From the NCBI GenBank assembly GCA_003193925.1, contig PSPG01000001.1:32001-96000 (forward strand): a stretch of DNA of 64,000 nt, given 5' to 3'. This stretch comes from Candidatus Thalassarchaeum betae (GTDB lineage: Archaea; Thermoplasmatota; Poseidoniia; Poseidoniales; Thalassarchaeaceae). Positions 18,512 to 30,473 of the stretch are shown piece after piece (position 1 is the stretch's first letter; each line of letters starts with the position of its first letter). A model generated the notes under the pieces. That model worked only from the letters and a program-made list of their open reading frames with translations. It was not told the origin of the DNA and did no database searches. The translations under genes and the position numbers were made by a program.

Positions 18512-19627
18512 TCAGTATCCAAGCCCCACATCCGGATGAGCGAGCTTCTCAGGCAGATAGGTGTCAGTGACGAAGTCCAGACCATACTTCGCAAGTGACT
18601 GCTGCTCGGCCTTCTTCCCCATCTCCTGCATCATCTCAATCTGCTGCTGCCACCATCCGGTCGAGAATCGGGGATCGCTCAGTTCGGCCTTGAGCGCCCC
18701 AAGATCCTGCTTCGACAAGTCGTCACTCGGCAGGTCGTAGGCGAGTATGTCGTCCGCGGTAATCCCTAGGTAGGTCGCGCCCTTTGTCGCGAGGTACTCT
18801 GAGATGTGCGCAGTCTTGATGGCGCCGTATGCTATGCTCGCATAGATGCGGAACGACCACGGGTCGCAGTCGGTGAACACGATGATCGGCTTCTTCCACT
18901 CGTCACTCATTCGCCGCATTATTCGACGGGTCGAGCGCGCAGGCTGACCCTTCAGATGAATCAGTGCACACCGAGCCTCCTCGTCGAAACCGTTCTCGAT
19001 GAGTCGGTCGAACATACCACCGGTCTCTATGGCCATGACGAAGTCGATATCCTGCTCGATCAGCCTGAGCTTCTTCGACTCGACATTGTATGGAACGCCG
19101 TAGCCGGAATCCCCGACGTCGTCGCGGCAGTTGATGCGCATCCAGTCCCCACGGCGGTTTCGCTCCTCGAAGGTCACGTTACCTATGATTCTGGCACCGT
19201 CCTCCTCAGGCCTGAGTCGGAAGTCCTCGCGCAGGCACTTGGTGACGATCTCCAAGTCCTCGGCGAGGTTGTTGCTCTCATTCTGAGAGTGGAACTTCCC
19301 ATTACCCCAGCCCTCGGAGATGTAGTACATCTCCCTGAGAGTCGAGGACTTGCCGGCATGAATCATCTCTTCGATGAACTCTGTGACATGCAGTGAACGG
19401 AGAAGCTGCCTAGCGGAGCCGAGACTGGTTGCGTCTCGCACGGTCTTCTTCTTGCCGTACTTGTAGACTCCGAGCTTCTGATCGAAGGCGATGTTGCTCT
19501 TCGAGCGCACGGGCAGCGTCATGGTCGGGGGTTTCCCCTTGACCATCCTGTCATGCATCTCGGAGGCGACGCCGTGCAGCGCCTGAATCACCTCCTCCTT
19601 CGACTTCTCTGGGCTGGAGATGCTCAC
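18512..19627 (-). CDS. top6A: DNA topoisomerase VI subunit A
   Basis: STLREMYY (catalytic Tyr), IETGGMF, FTDCDPW (TOPRIM DxD), KAEQQ; 4-nt overlap with top6B. Confidence 0.97.
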   Translation of the reverse strand: MSISSPEKSKEEVIQALHGVASEMHDRMVKGKPPTMTLPVRSKSNIAFDQKLGVYKYGKKKTVRDATSLGSARQLLRSLHVTEFIEEMIHAGKSSTLREMYYISEGWGNGKFHSQNESNNLAEDLEIVTKCLREDFRLRPEEDGARIIGNVTFEERNRRGDWMRINCRDDVGDSGYGVPYNVESKKLRLIEQDIDFVMAIETGGMFDRLIENGFDEEARCALIHLKGQPARSTRRIMRRMSDEWKKPIIVFTDCDPWSFRIYASIAYGAIKTAHISEYLATKGATYLGITADDILAYDLPSDDLSKQDLGALKAELSDPRFSTGWWQQQIEMMQEMGKKAEQQSLAKYGLDFVTDTYLPEKLAHPDVGLGY

Positions 19628-21705
19628 TCACCCCCCTCCTGATTAGGGACCCAGTCCAATGATCCTGGATCCACTGGTGTGGATTCTTGTTCTGGATCAT
19701 CCCGGAGGTTCTCCTCAGCTCTCTCGGCCAGTGGGCCGATTCCAGATTCTGCCTTGCGCACCTCCTCCTCAGCAGCACTCAGAGCCTCCCTGTTCCTCAT
19801 CTCCTCCAGCAGTTTCTCGTCAATTTTAGTGGCTCCGATGATATCCCCGTTTCCTCGGAAGAAGATGTCAGTATCACTCCATTGTCCCTTGCTGAGCCCT
19901 GAAAGTGAGAATGAGATGGTGGCCGAGGTGCCCGGATTCAGCGTGTCGAGCCTCCAGGCCCACAGCCCATGAGCCTCCTTTCTACCCCCTAGGGGATTGT
20001 TCTCCATCGCCACGTAATCCGATTCGGGCCACTTGGCCAGTATGGTGTATGCCCGGGCTCTGGCTGTGTAGTTGAGCACGGTTATGTCGCAGGTAGCGAG
20101 CCTTCGCTCTTTGTCCCAGCCGAGCTCCTCCTCGCAGAACACTGCGTTCATAATCTGGGTGATGATGGGTGCAAGGTTTGGCTCCTCTCTGTTGAGGAGT
20201 TGCGAGGATTTCCGGGAGATCTCGGGCAGAATGACGTTAATCAACTCGAACTTCTCCTGTGCCTTCTTGCGCTGCGAACTCTTCTTCAGGTGACTCTTCA
20301 GTCCGCGTCCGACCTCTAATAGAGCCCTCCTGATTTCCTCTAGGACCTCCTCGTTAACGGCCACGGCCTCCTTGGCTTCGCTGGTGAACTGCACATTGGT
20401 CGAAGCCAAGTGGATGAGCACCGCGGCCGGCCCCTTCGGGATTCCACGGCCACCCGGCTGTTCCAGCCCATAGCGCTTCCAGTCTATCGATTCCAGCGCT
20501 TTGGTCAGCAGGCAGCCGCCCTGTTGGTACATCAGGGGAACCCGATTGGCGAATCTGAGAATCTCAATCGGGCTGTCAGCGGCGAGGTCACCGCCGAAAA
20601 CCAAACCAATCTCGACTTGGAACGGGTTCCCCTGAGTGACTTGTGGATCTCTTGTGACTGTAGAGGCGAAGCGGGAGTCGATCGCCTTGGATAGGCTCTT
20701 TTTAATCAGGAGGTCCTCGATAGGAGAGAGGCAATCCGTGGGCGGGTTGAGGAGTTTCACCTTCTGGAAGCAATCCAGGATGAGTTGAGCCTCCTCGGCT
20801 CTGATTCTGCGAGGCTGCCGACTCTCGTCCAGTCCAGCCTTCTCGAGTATCTCCCTCGCGGCCCTCATGCTGACGCCCGAGAAGTTGTGCCTCAGGAATG
20901 AGGTCATCTTCCTCTCCTCAGCCTCGCGGAGCATTCTCTGGAGGGTTCCGAGATGTATTCCGTGTGGGTGCGGCTTGATCTCCGTGACCACCCTGGGGAG
21001 CTTGTCAGTGGTCCTGGGCCAGTTTCCTGCGTCGATGATCCCGCCGTCCCTGTCTCGAACCGTTAGCGTGATTGTCGCGTGCGGGTTCACAATCGAAGTC
21101 ATTCTGAGGTACTGATGCACGGATTGTCGGCCCCGTTGGTACTTGGCGTTCATCACAGTCTGCAGTCGCAGACCGTGACTGACCTCCTCCCCCGTGACGT
21201 CGTCGATCCAGATGTCCCTGATCTCCCCGGACTTGATCGCCCTGTTCTTCTTAGTGTCTATCCCCAAGTCGACGAAGACCGCCGAGGAGTCGCCCTCCAC
21301 CTTCGAGACCACGCGTGTCTTCGCGCCGGTCGTAAGTTGGCTGTACATCACAACGCCCGTGATGCCGATTCCCTGCTGCCCTCGTGTCTGCCGGATGGCA
21401 TGGAATCTTGAGCCGAGCAGGAACTTGCCGAACACATGCTCGATGGAACTTCTCGGGATGCCCGGACCGTTGTCCTGAGCGATTAATTCGATCCGGTCGC
21501 CCTTGAGACGACTTACCTCGATTCTGATCTCGGGGAGGATTCGCTCCTCCTCGCAAGCGTCGAGTGAGTTGTCCACCGATTCCTTAACTGCGGTGATGAT
21601 GGCTCGGTGTAAGGAATCAAAGCCCAGAAAGTGTTTGTTCTTCTCGAAGAATTCGCTAATCGCAATCTGCCTCTGTTTTCCAGTTGATGGTTTTCCTTCG
21701 CTCAT
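19624..21705 (-). CDS. top6B: DNA topoisomerase VI subunit B
   Basis: ISEFFEKN, KESVDNSLDA, DNGPGI, RGQQGIG (GHKL), KPHPHG, RFANRVPL; start ATG 21705. Confidence 0.97.
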   Translation of the reverse strand: MSEGKPSTGKQRQIAISEFFEKNKHFLGFDSLHRAIITAVKESVDNSLDACEEERILPEIRIEVSRLKGDRIELIAQDNGPGIPRSSIEHVFGKFLLGSRFHAIRQTRGQQGIGITGVVMYSQLTTGAKTRVVSKVEGDSSAVFVDLGIDTKKNRAIKSGEIRDIWIDDVTGEEVSHGLRLQTVMNAKYQRGRQSVHQYLRMTSIVNPHATITLTVRDRDGGIIDAGNWPRTTDKLPRVVTEIKPHPHGIHLGTLQRMLREAEERKMTSFLRHNFSGVSMRAAREILEKAGLDESRQPRRIRAEEAQLILDCFQKVKLLNPPTDCLSPIEDLLIKKSLSKAIDSRFASTVTRDPQVTQGNPFQVEIGLVFGGDLAADSPIEILRFANRVPLMYQQGGCLLTKALESIDWKRYGLEQPGGRGIPKGPAAVLIHLASTNVQFTSEAKEAVAVNEEVLEEIRRALLEVGRGLKSHLKKSSQRKKAQEKFELINVILPEISRKSSQLLNREEPNLAPIITQIMNAVFCEEELGWDKERRLATCDITVLNYTARARAYTILAKWPESDYVAMENNPLGGRKEAHGLWAWRLDTLNPGTSATISFSLSGLSKGQWSDTDIFFRGNGDIIGATKIDEKLLEEMRNREALSAAEEEVRKAESGIGPLAERAEENLRDDPEQESTPVDPGSLDWVPNQEGGE

Positions 21706-21850
21706 CCGCAACCCTCCACCAGGTCCTCCCAATACCCGAATGGCACGGGGCCTGCTTGTGGTAAGTCGTAGCGGCCACGGCTGTCTATTCAATCTACTCG
21801 TTCGGAGGGGGGTGTTGCACTCGCAAAGTGAAGGCCATCCCATGATTCGC

Positions 21851-23899
21851 CTAGGAGAAGATGTCGGGGTGCCACGCTACGATCTTCCCGGTGAAGGCGC
21901 TGGCCATCACCGTCAACGGGCTTGCGAGGTAGAGCCTGCCCGGGCCTGAGCGGCCCTGGTAGTTGCGGTTAATCGCCGATATGGTGACCTGCTCAGCATC
22001 ATCACTGATTCCCGGACCGGCGCCTATGCAGGCGCCGCAGCCCGGGTCGATGAGCTTGACACCAGCGCGCTCGAACATCTCGGTCCAACCATTGCGCGCT
22101 GACAGGTCCTTGACCGTCTTCGAGCCGAACTGGATGTAGCAGTCGACGTCCTCGGGTATGGTCAGGCCGGCCTCGAGGGCGGCCTCGGTCACCCGCGCGT
22201 AGTAAGCGAAATCATCCTCCTTGCCCGCAGTGCACGAGCCAGCGTAGGCGATGTCGATGCTTACCTCACCCAGCTCGTGGACGTAGGCGCCGTTGGTCGG
22301 GTCCGACGGAATTCCCTTGTCGGGATCCCCGGGATGAGCTACCATCGGCATGATCTCAGAGAGGTCGATGGTGTGGACCCCGCCATCGTATCTCGCGCCC
22401 TCGTCAGGCATAATGAAGTCGGCACGGATATCCTCCTCGCTCACACCTGATCTGCGTCGCATCAGCCACTCGACTGTCGCGTCGTCAGGCTCGCATATCC
22501 CGGTCTTGGCGCTGCACTCGGTAGCCATGTTGCATAGAGTGGCTCGCTCGTCCATCGACAGGCCAGCCAGTCCCGGCCCGCCGAACTCCATGCTCCTGTC
22601 GAGGGTCTCGGAGTTCGCGGCGTACTTCCAGAGGATATGCAGGATGACGTCCTTCGCGGTGCATCCCGGGTCGAGAGTGCCCATCAGCTCGAAGCGTATG
22701 CTCTCGGGTACTTGTACGAAGGCGAATTGGTTGTGGATGAGGTTGGCGTACTCGGTTGAACCCACTCCGTAGGCCAAGGCGTTGGTGGCACCGCCCATGC
22801 AAGTGTGCGAGTCAGTCGACTGGATGAAGTCACCAACATCGATGAACTCCTCCCGTGCGACCTGATGGCAGATGCCCGGGCTGATGCCGTCCTCGGCCGA
22901 GTAGTCGCGCACTCCAGTGCGCTTCTGAAACATCTCCTGCATGTCGCGCAGCGTCTGTATCTTCTCGGTGAACCTACCGTACTTGGGCACGCCGGTGGCG
23001 TACAAGAGGTGGTCTTCGAAAACCGCGTATTTCGATGGGTTTGGGATCTTGTAGTCATCACCATACTCCAACTTCAGGAACTCGTGAACCTGAGCTGTCG
23101 TGAACTCGTGGGAATAGCCTCCGTCGACCTGAGCCAGCACCGCGTCGCCCGGCTTAACGTAGCGAGACGCTCCGTTCTGACTCAGCAACTTGCCCGCAAT
23201 CATCTTCTCAACCATGGTCATCGGGCGAGCCCCCGTCGTCAATTCCGGAATTCGGAGCTCTCCCGCTTTGAGTTTCTTGGCGAAGGGGAAGATCCCTCCG
23301 TTCTCGATGATTAGCCTGGTCACAGGATCGTACTTCGAGGTGAACTCGTCCAGCGAGATGCTCTCTCCGTCCTGCAGGCGCTCAAGCATCGAGTAGTCGC
23401 CCATCAACTGGCCGAGGTTGATGTTGTTGCGCTCGTGGATGGGTGCGAAGGAGGCAGCGATGACGATCCTGACTCCCGACCAGCGTTCGCACTGGGCTGC
23501 CGTCTCGCGACTCGATCCAGTGCCCTTTCGATGCCCGGAGACGATGACCTCGAAGTCGCCGTCGAGCAAGGCCCGCGGCTCGAACACCCGCCTGCCCTCG
23601 TGTACCAAGCCAGCGTAGGCGTTCTCCGCGATTATCGCCGGTTCGTGGTCGAAGCAGACCCACGCCGGGGTCATCACATCGGTGTTGATGTCATCGAGAA
23701 AATCGCTGACATCGAGGTCCTCCATGCGCAGGTCCACGCCCTCGTAGAGTTGCTTGCGAATCAACTCGAGATCTTTGGTCAGGAAGAGCACCCTCTTGCC
23801 TGCCGTCAGCCCTATTCGCTCCGGGGGCCATTGCTCCGACAAGGTTACACCACCTTCCTCGATGCTAGCCAAGGTTGCCGTGTATTTCACCGTTCTCAA
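21851..23899 (-). CDS. Aconitase-superfamily dehydratase with a LeuD-like domain fused N-terminal to a LeuC-like domain
   Basis: DINTDVMTP, GTGSSRE, SFAPIHERNNINLG; then EDH, GICHQ, TDSHTC, GSCT, GCGACIG (Fe-S Cys), NRNYQGR, YLASP. Confidence 0.9.
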   Translation of the reverse strand: MRTVKYTATLASIEEGGVTLSEQWPPERIGLTAGKRVLFLTKDLELIRKQLYEGVDLRMEDLDVSDFLDDINTDVMTPAWVCFDHEPAIIAENAYAGLVHEGRRVFEPRALLDGDFEVIVSGHRKGTGSSRETAAQCERWSGVRIVIAASFAPIHERNNINLGQLMGDYSMLERLQDGESISLDEFTSKYDPVTRLIIENGGIFPFAKKLKAGELRIPELTTGARPMTMVEKMIAGKLLSQNGASRYVKPGDAVLAQVDGGYSHEFTTAQVHEFLKLEYGDDYKIPNPSKYAVFEDHLLYATGVPKYGRFTEKIQTLRDMQEMFQKRTGVRDYSAEDGISPGICHQVAREEFIDVGDFIQSTDSHTCMGGATNALAYGVGSTEYANLIHNQFAFVQVPESIRFELMGTLDPGCTAKDVILHILWKYAANSETLDRSMEFGGPGLAGLSMDERATLCNMATECSAKTGICEPDDATVEWLMRRRSGVSEEDIRADFIMPDEGARYDGGVHTIDLSEIMPMVAHPGDPDKGIPSDPTNGAYVHELGEVSIDIAYAGSCTAGKEDDFAYYARVTEAALEAGLTIPEDVDCYIQFGSKTVKDLSARNGWTEMFERAGVKLIDPGCGACIGAGPGISDDAEQVTISAINRNYQGRSGPGRLYLASPLTVMASAFTGKIVAWHPDIFS

Positions 23900-23961
23900 T
23901 CGTTCGATTACAGTGTGCAGCCTCTCAGCACAACGGTAATGCTGGGTTTTCTTATACTGTC

Positions 23962-23974
23962 ACTCTTAAATAAG
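23962..23974 (+). promoter_or_regulatory. Putative TATA box of tfb
   Basis: cttaaataag in an AT-rich divergent intergenic region about 50 nt upstream of the tfb ATG. Confidence 0.5.
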
Positions 23975-24023
23975 ATGGTCCGTCGGGATTCATTATCTTT
24001 GCTTGCAAAGGTGGAGTGAGGGA

Positions 24024-24950
24024 ATGGCAGATTATCTGGTTGAAGACACTGTGAAGTGCAGTGAGTGCGGAAGTAGGAGCCTGAACAGAGATGAGACCAG
24101 GGGCGAGGTCGTATGCGAGGATTGCGGCCTCGTGCTGGAAGACAACGTGATCGACCAAGGCGCCGAGTGGCGTGTGTTCAGCCCCGAGCAGGGAGACCAG
24201 CGCGCGCGTACAGGCGCGCCGATGACGGTGATGCTGCACGACAAGGGACTGTCTACCGACATCGACTGGCAGAACAAGGACTACTCCGGCAAGGCCATCT
24301 CGAGCAGATATCGGAGCCAGTTCTACCGAATGAGGAAGTGGCAGAAGCGCTCGCGTGTCAGTAACGCGACCGAGCGAAACCTAGCCATGGCTCTGGCCGA
24401 GCTAGACCGCATGGCCAGCCGTCTTGACCTTCCCAAGTCGATTCGCGAGGCGGCTGCTGTGAATTACAAGAAGGCCGTCGAGGCGAGGCTCATCCGTGGG
24501 CGCTCGATCGAGGGAGTGGCCGCTGCCAGCCTCTACGCTGCTTGCAGGCAGTGCAACAACCCCAGAACCCTAGACGAGATTGGCGAGGCCAGCAGGACCG
24601 GACGCAAGGAGATCGGTCGGACCTACCGATTCATGGTCCGTGAACTCAAGATGAAGATCCCGCCGACCAAGCCCGAGGACTACATACCCCGATTCTGCTC
24701 CGGCCTCCACTTGGACGCCGAAGTCCAGTCGAAGGCATACGAGCTGATTGCGGCCGCGCAGGAGAAGGAACTCACGAGCGGGCGCGGCCCCACTGGAATC
24801 GCAGCCTCGATCATCTACATCGCGAGCGTGCTGTGCGGTAAGCGCAGGACCCAGCGCGAGGTCGCCGAGGTCGCAGGTGTGACCGAGGTCACGATTCGCA
24901 ACCGATACAAGGAACTGATTCAGAACCTCAATATCGAACTCGAGATCTGA
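24024..24950 (+). CDS. tfb: Transcription initiation factor IIB
   Basis: CSECG...CEDCG zinc ribbon, [22 protein letters not shown], two cyclin repeats, [16 protein letters not shown]. Confidence 0.98.
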   Translation: MADYLVEDTVKCSECGSRSLNRDETRGEVVCEDCGLVLEDNVIDQGAEWRVFSPEQGDQRARTGAPMTVMLHDKGLSTDIDWQNKDYSGKAISSRYRSQFYRMRKWQKRSRVSNATERNLAMALAELDRMASRLDLPKSIREAAAVNYKKAVEARLIRGRSIEGVAAASLYAACRQCNNPRTLDEIGEASRTGRKEIGRTYRFMVRELKMKIPPTKPEDYIPRFCSGLHLDAEVQSKAYELIAAAQEKELTSGRGPTGIAASIIYIASVLCGKRRTQREVAEVAGVTEVTIRNRYKELIQNLNIELEI

Positions 24951-24958
24951 GCCCCGAA

Positions 24959-27900
24959 TCAGGAGCATCCTGTGGTAGCGCCACAGGAGTTGCACCTCAG
25001 ACAGGTCCCGTTCCTAGTCATCTGGCTGCTGCCGCACTCGGTGCAGATATCTCCAGTGAAGCCACGCTCCCGAGCGGCTTGGCGCACCCGCGCCTCGAGA
25101 TCCTCCAGGGGAGCGACAGCGGCCTCCAGAGTCATCTGGAGATCGCGCTTCTCTCCTTGAGTGCGGCTGATGCCTTCTTCGGTGATGGCGGGCTTGCTAA
25201 TCGACGTCTTGTCCAGATCCTCCTCAGTGACATGAGCTAGGTCATCCCGATTGAGATAGTGAATCCCCAGTTCCCTGAAGATGTAGTCGACGATGCTAGT
25301 CGACATCTTGACCCGACCGCTCCCTCCGGTGACCATCCCACTGGGCTCGAACTTCTGGAACGTGAACGACTTCACGAAGGCGTCCAACGGCACCCCGTAC
25401 TGCAGGCCGATGGATACGGCTATGGCGAACTGGTTGAGCATCGAGCGCCAAGCCGCACCCTCTTTCGAGGTGGTGATCATGATCTCGCCTAAGCGACCGT
25501 CATCGTATGTGCTTGATGTCAGGTACACGGTGTGCCCGCCGACCCGAGCCTTCAGGCCTCGCTGTTCCTTCACATTAGGCAGTGGTCTCCTACTGGTGAT
25601 ATAATCCTGAACGAAGGACTCGGCCAGCGGCTTGGCTTCCTGCTCTGGCACAGGCAGCACCCTGACGGTCTCCTCAACCATCTTCTCTACCATCTCTTCC
25701 TCTTCGCGCTCCTCTGCGTACTCGGCCGTGTCCACGAGTTGGTTCATCAGCGGCTGTGACAACTTGGAGCAGTCGCGGTATACGGCGCACGCCTTGTTCA
25801 TCGTGGTGTGACTGAGGTTGTAGGCCTCTCTGATGTCATCCACGGTGGAGTCGGATGGCATGTTGATCGTCTTGGAGATAGCTCCTGAGATGAACGGTTG
25901 CGCCGCAGCCATCATCCTGACGTGAGCAGGCCAGTCGATCGACCTCTTGCCGTACTTGCCGCAGGGGGTGGCGCAGTCGAAGACCGCCAGATGTTCGTCC
26001 TTCAAACCGGGCGCGCCCTCTATCGTGCCGTAGCCGAAGATATGTTCGTCGGCTGCGTCTATCTCAGTCGTGGTGAAGCCAAGGTATCCGAGGGTATCGA
26101 AGAACGAGTCTTCGTACTGGGCCTTCGACATCCCGAGCGTCCCGGTGCAGAACTGATCGCTGAGGATCGAAGGGGAGAAGGCGGAGCGGATGTCGAACAC
26201 GTCGCTCATCTTCTTTTCAATCCCCCTAACCCGCGCGGCGGTGAAGCCGAGATCCTTCAGGCGTTCGGCGGAGAGAGTGGGGCAACCGCTCAAGCGACCG
26301 GTCCCCACGATGAACTCCTCGATCGCCTCGGTCTCGCTGTTTGAGTAGCCGAGCCGACGTAGGGCGTTCGAAACGCTTCTGTTGATGATCCTCAGAGAGC
26401 CGCCGCCGGCCAGAGTCTTGTACTGGACGAGGGAGAATGCCGGCTCCACGCCGGTGGTGTCCGCGCCCATAACGAGCCCGATGGTGCCGGTGGGCGCGAT
26501 GACCGTGGTCTGCGCGTTGCGGTAACCATGCTCCTCGCCGACCCGAACGGCACGGTCCCAAGAGCTCCGGGCCGCATCGAGTAGATCCTTCGGACACTTC
26601 TTGGCATTGATTCCCATTGGAGGCACGGTGAGTCCCTCATATTCCTCCGCCGGTGCGTCGTAAGCGGCACGCCGGTGGTTGCGCATCACTCTCAGCATGT
26701 GCTTGGAGTTCCTCTCGTAGTCGGGGAACGCCCCTAGGATGGAAGCCATTTCGGCGCTCGTGGCATATGCCTCGCCGCACATGATGGAGGTGATGGCCCC
26801 GCAGATGGCGTAGGCCCGCTCGTCGTCGTAAGGGATTCCCATGTGCATCAGCAGCGAGCCGATGTTGCAGTAGCCGAGACCCAAGGTGCGGTAATCGTAC
26901 GATTTGCGGGCTATTTCCTCCGAGGGGAACTGGGCCATCAGAACGCTGATCTCAAGGGTGGTCGTCCACAGTCGGACGCTGTGGCGGAAGTCTTCAATCT
27001 GGAAGGTCTGCGTGCCCAAGTCGTAGTAGTGGAGGAGGTTGATGCTGGCTAGGTTGCAGGCTGTGTCATCGAGGAACATGTACTCCGAACACGGGTTCGA
27101 ACCGTTGATCCGACCGCCTTCGGGACAGGTGTGCCACTCGTTGATGGTGGTGTCGAACTGGACTCCAGGGTCAGCGCATGCCCAAGCGGTGTAGGCGATT
27201 TTCTCCCACAGTCCCCCGGCATCCACGGTCTTACACGGCTTGGGCTCCCTGCCTCGCTTGGTGGCTTTGTCCAGCTCGGTCCGCCAGTACAGGTTCCAAT
27301 CACCGCCGCCCCTTACCGCTTCCATGAACTCGTTGGGAACGCGGACCGAGTTGTTGCTGTTCTGACCGGAGACAGTCATGTAGGCCTCGCCCTGCCAGTC
27401 GGTGTCGAAGGACTCGAAGTCAACCCCTTTCCAACCTTGTCTAGCAAGATCGACGATCCTCTGTATGTGGGGGGGTGGGACATCATCCTTGATGGCACTG
27501 AGCATGGCTCTGCGAAGCCCGAGGTTAGTCCGCTGGTCGAATCTGCCTTCGTCGTCGCCATACTCCCAGATGGCGTCCATTAGGGTGTTGGCGTTCTTCT
27601 GCAGGATGCTGCTGCCGATTACGAGGGCGGAGACCTTCTCCTCCTCGCTGTGCTTCCAGTCGATGTACTCCTCGATATCCGGGTGATCGAGGTCCAGCGT
27701 GACCATTTTGGCAGCACGCCTCGTCGTCCCTCCCGACTTGATTGCTCCGGCAGCCCGATCTCCTATCTTAAGGAACGAGAGCAGCCCGCTCGAACTGCCG
27801 CCACCAGACAGGGGCTCGCCGGCACCGCGAACCCTAGAGAAGTTCGATCCGGTGCCTGACCCATACTTGAAGAGCAGGGCCTCGCGGCTCCACAGTCCCA

Positions 27901-28600
27901 TGATGGAGTCGGAGCCGCCGACCAGTGAGTCCGATACCGACTGGATGAAGCAGGCGTGTGGCTGGGGGCGCTCGTAGGCATTAGCAGAGTACTCCAGCGC
28001 GTTGGTAGCCGGGTTCACGAAAGAGTGTCCTTGGGCCGGCCCCTCGATACCGTATGCCCAGTGCAGACCAGTGTTGAACCACTGGGGGCTGTTAGGTGCC
28101 GAACGCTGACTCGCAATCAGGTAGCACATCTCATCGAAGTAGGCGCGGGCGTCGGCCTCACTTGCGAAGTAGTCGTACTTCCAGCCCCAGTAGGTCCAGG
28201 TTCCTGCGAGGCGTCGGAAAAGTTGCCTCCCATCATTTTCTCCACTTGTTCTATCGTCCACGTCAAGTGTCTGAAGCTTCTCATGATCCGGGACACTTCG
28301 CTGGAGCCAGACGGGCACACCGTCCTCCGGGACCTTCCGGAGGGCCTTGGGAACGCCGGCCTTGCGCAGGTACTTCTGGGCGCATACCTTCCCCGCAACC
28401 CCGGTAAAGCCGGGAGGCAACCTCACACCCTCGATGGCATCGGCCATCGAACCGTCCGGGTTCCTAATCTCCACATCCATCTCAATCCAGTCGAAGGCCT
28501 CGAACGGATTGTCCCCGGCCGTGGTGAAGCGACGCTCGATGACCATCCCGATCTCGGCTTCGCCGGTTTCGAGGTCACCACTGATTCTGGTCTCCATCAT
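24959..28600 (-). CDS. nrdJ: Class II (adenosylcobalamin-dependent) ribonucleotide reductase
   Basis: PNSPQWFNTG, PQPHACFI, GGTTRRAAKM, SNPCSE, TACNLAS, IAPTGTI, GAISKTIN; C-terminal TSCPD-like domain and CxxC-CxxC tail. Confidence 0.96.
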   Translation of the reverse strand: MMETRISGDLETGEAEIGMVIERRFTTAGDNPFEAFDWIEMDVEIRNPDGSMADAIEGVRLPPGFTGVAGKVCAQKYLRKAGVPKALRKVPEDGVPVWLQRSVPDHEKLQTLDVDDRTSGENDGRQLFRRLAGTWTYWGWKYDYFASEADARAYFDEMCYLIASQRSAPNSPQWFNTGLHWAYGIEGPAQGHSFVNPATNALEYSANAYERPQPHACFIQSVSDSLVGGSDSIMGLWSREALLFKYGSGTGSNFSRVRGAGEPLSGGGSSSGLLSFLKIGDRAAGAIKSGGTTRRAAKMVTLDLDHPDIEEYIDWKHSEEEKVSALVIGSSILQKNANTLMDAIWEYGDDEGRFDQRTNLGLRRAMLSAIKDDVPPPHIQRIVDLARQGWKGVDFESFDTDWQGEAYMTVSGQNSNNSVRVPNEFMEAVRGGGDWNLYWRTELDKATKRGREPKPCKTVDAGGLWEKIAYTAWACADPGVQFDTTINEWHTCPEGGRINGSNPCSEYMFLDDTACNLASINLLHYYDLGTQTFQIEDFRHSVRLWTTTLEISVLMAQFPSEEIARKSYDYRTLGLGYCNIGSLLMHMGIPYDDERAYAICGAITSIMCGEAYATSAEMASILGAFPDYERNSKHMLRVMRNHRRAAYDAPAEEYEGLTVPPMGINAKKCPKDLLDAARSSWDRAVRVGEEHGYRNAQTTVIAPTGTIGLVMGADTTGVEPAFSLVQYKTLAGGGSLRIINRSVSNALRRLGYSNSETEAIEEFIVGTGRLSGCPTLSAERLKDLGFTAARVRGIEKKMSDVFDIRSAFSPSILSDQFCTGTLGMSKAQYEDSFFDTLGYLGFTTTEIDAADEHIFGYGTIEGAPGLKDEHLAVFDCATPCGKYGKRSIDWPAHVRMMAAAQPFISGAISKTINMPSDSTVDDIREAYNLSHTTMNKACAVYRDCSKLSQPLMNQLVDTAEYAEEREEEEMVEKMVEETVRVLPVPEQEAKPLAESFVQDYITSRRPLPNVKEQRGLKARVGGHTVYLTSSTYDDGRLGEIMITTSKEGAAWRSMLNQFAIAVSIGLQYGVPLDAFVKSFTFQKFEPSGMVTGGSGRVKMSTSIVDYIFRELGIHYLNRDDLAHVTEEDLDKTSISKPAITEEGISRTQGEKRDLQMTLEAAVAPLEDLEARVRQAARERGFTGDICTECGSSQMTRNGTCLRCNSCGATTGCS

Positions 28601-28772
28601 GCATCCTCTCCTTCGTGATTACCGGGTCGGTTAGGGCGTCCCTCGCGCAAGAGTCGCCCTTCCGAATGGGGGGTGTTTAATGATTGAGGAAGTGAACCCG
28701 TCGGAGGAAGACGATTACAGAAATTCTACTCGGGTTCCGCCGTTGGAGAATTCTTACATTATCGGAAATACG

Positions 28773-29162
28773 TCATGCTCTGATGTCGACTGACCAGTCC
28801 AGTGCAACTCCTGCACCAGTCATCATCGCACCGACGGAACAGTACTTCTCATGACTCTGCTCGATGAGTCGATTGACCAGTTTCTCCGGGACGTCTCCCT
28901 CGATGACATACTTCATACGGACAGCCGTGAAGACACGCGGATGCTCATCTGCTCGATCCGCCTCGAGCTCGACCCATGCGGAGCGCACGTTGTCCATCCT
29001 GTCCTTCAGGCCCGCAATCACGTCGATGAACGAGCAAGCACCATGTGAGATGAGCACCATCTGCATCGGGCCGGCGTGTGCTTCACTGTGTATACCGAAA
29101 CTCTTGCCAGCGATCTCACCTACCATTTCCTCGCCCGTAATCCAATGCACTGTCCCTTGCAT
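28773..29162 (-). CDS. OsmC/YhfA family protein
   Basis: GPMQMVL...GACS...[16 protein letters not shown] (two conserved Cys); start ATG 29162. Confidence 0.88.
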   Translation of the reverse strand: MQGTVHWITGEEMVGEIAGKSFGIHSEAHAGPMQMVLISHGACSFIDVIAGLKDRMDNVRSAWVELEADRADEHPRVFTAVRMKYVIEGDVPEKLVNRLIEQSHEKYCSVGAMMTGAGVALDWSVDIRA

Positions 29163-29234
29163 GCTCTCGCACAATCGTCTCAGACCATGAGGGTTGGCTT
29201 CATGAAGGGGGGGTTGGTCGGCGCGCTGAGAGAC

Positions 29235-30464
<1,230 letters not shown>

Positions 30465-30473
30465 GTTGACCCC

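Noticed and set aside
28601-28772. Possible cobalamin riboswitch upstream of nrdJ (hairpin 28633-28660; gaacccg/cgggttc at 28694-28737)
   Set aside because: No B12-box or GCCACTG-type consensus, and the leader after the TATA-like element near 28676 is too short; the hairpins may be ordinary.
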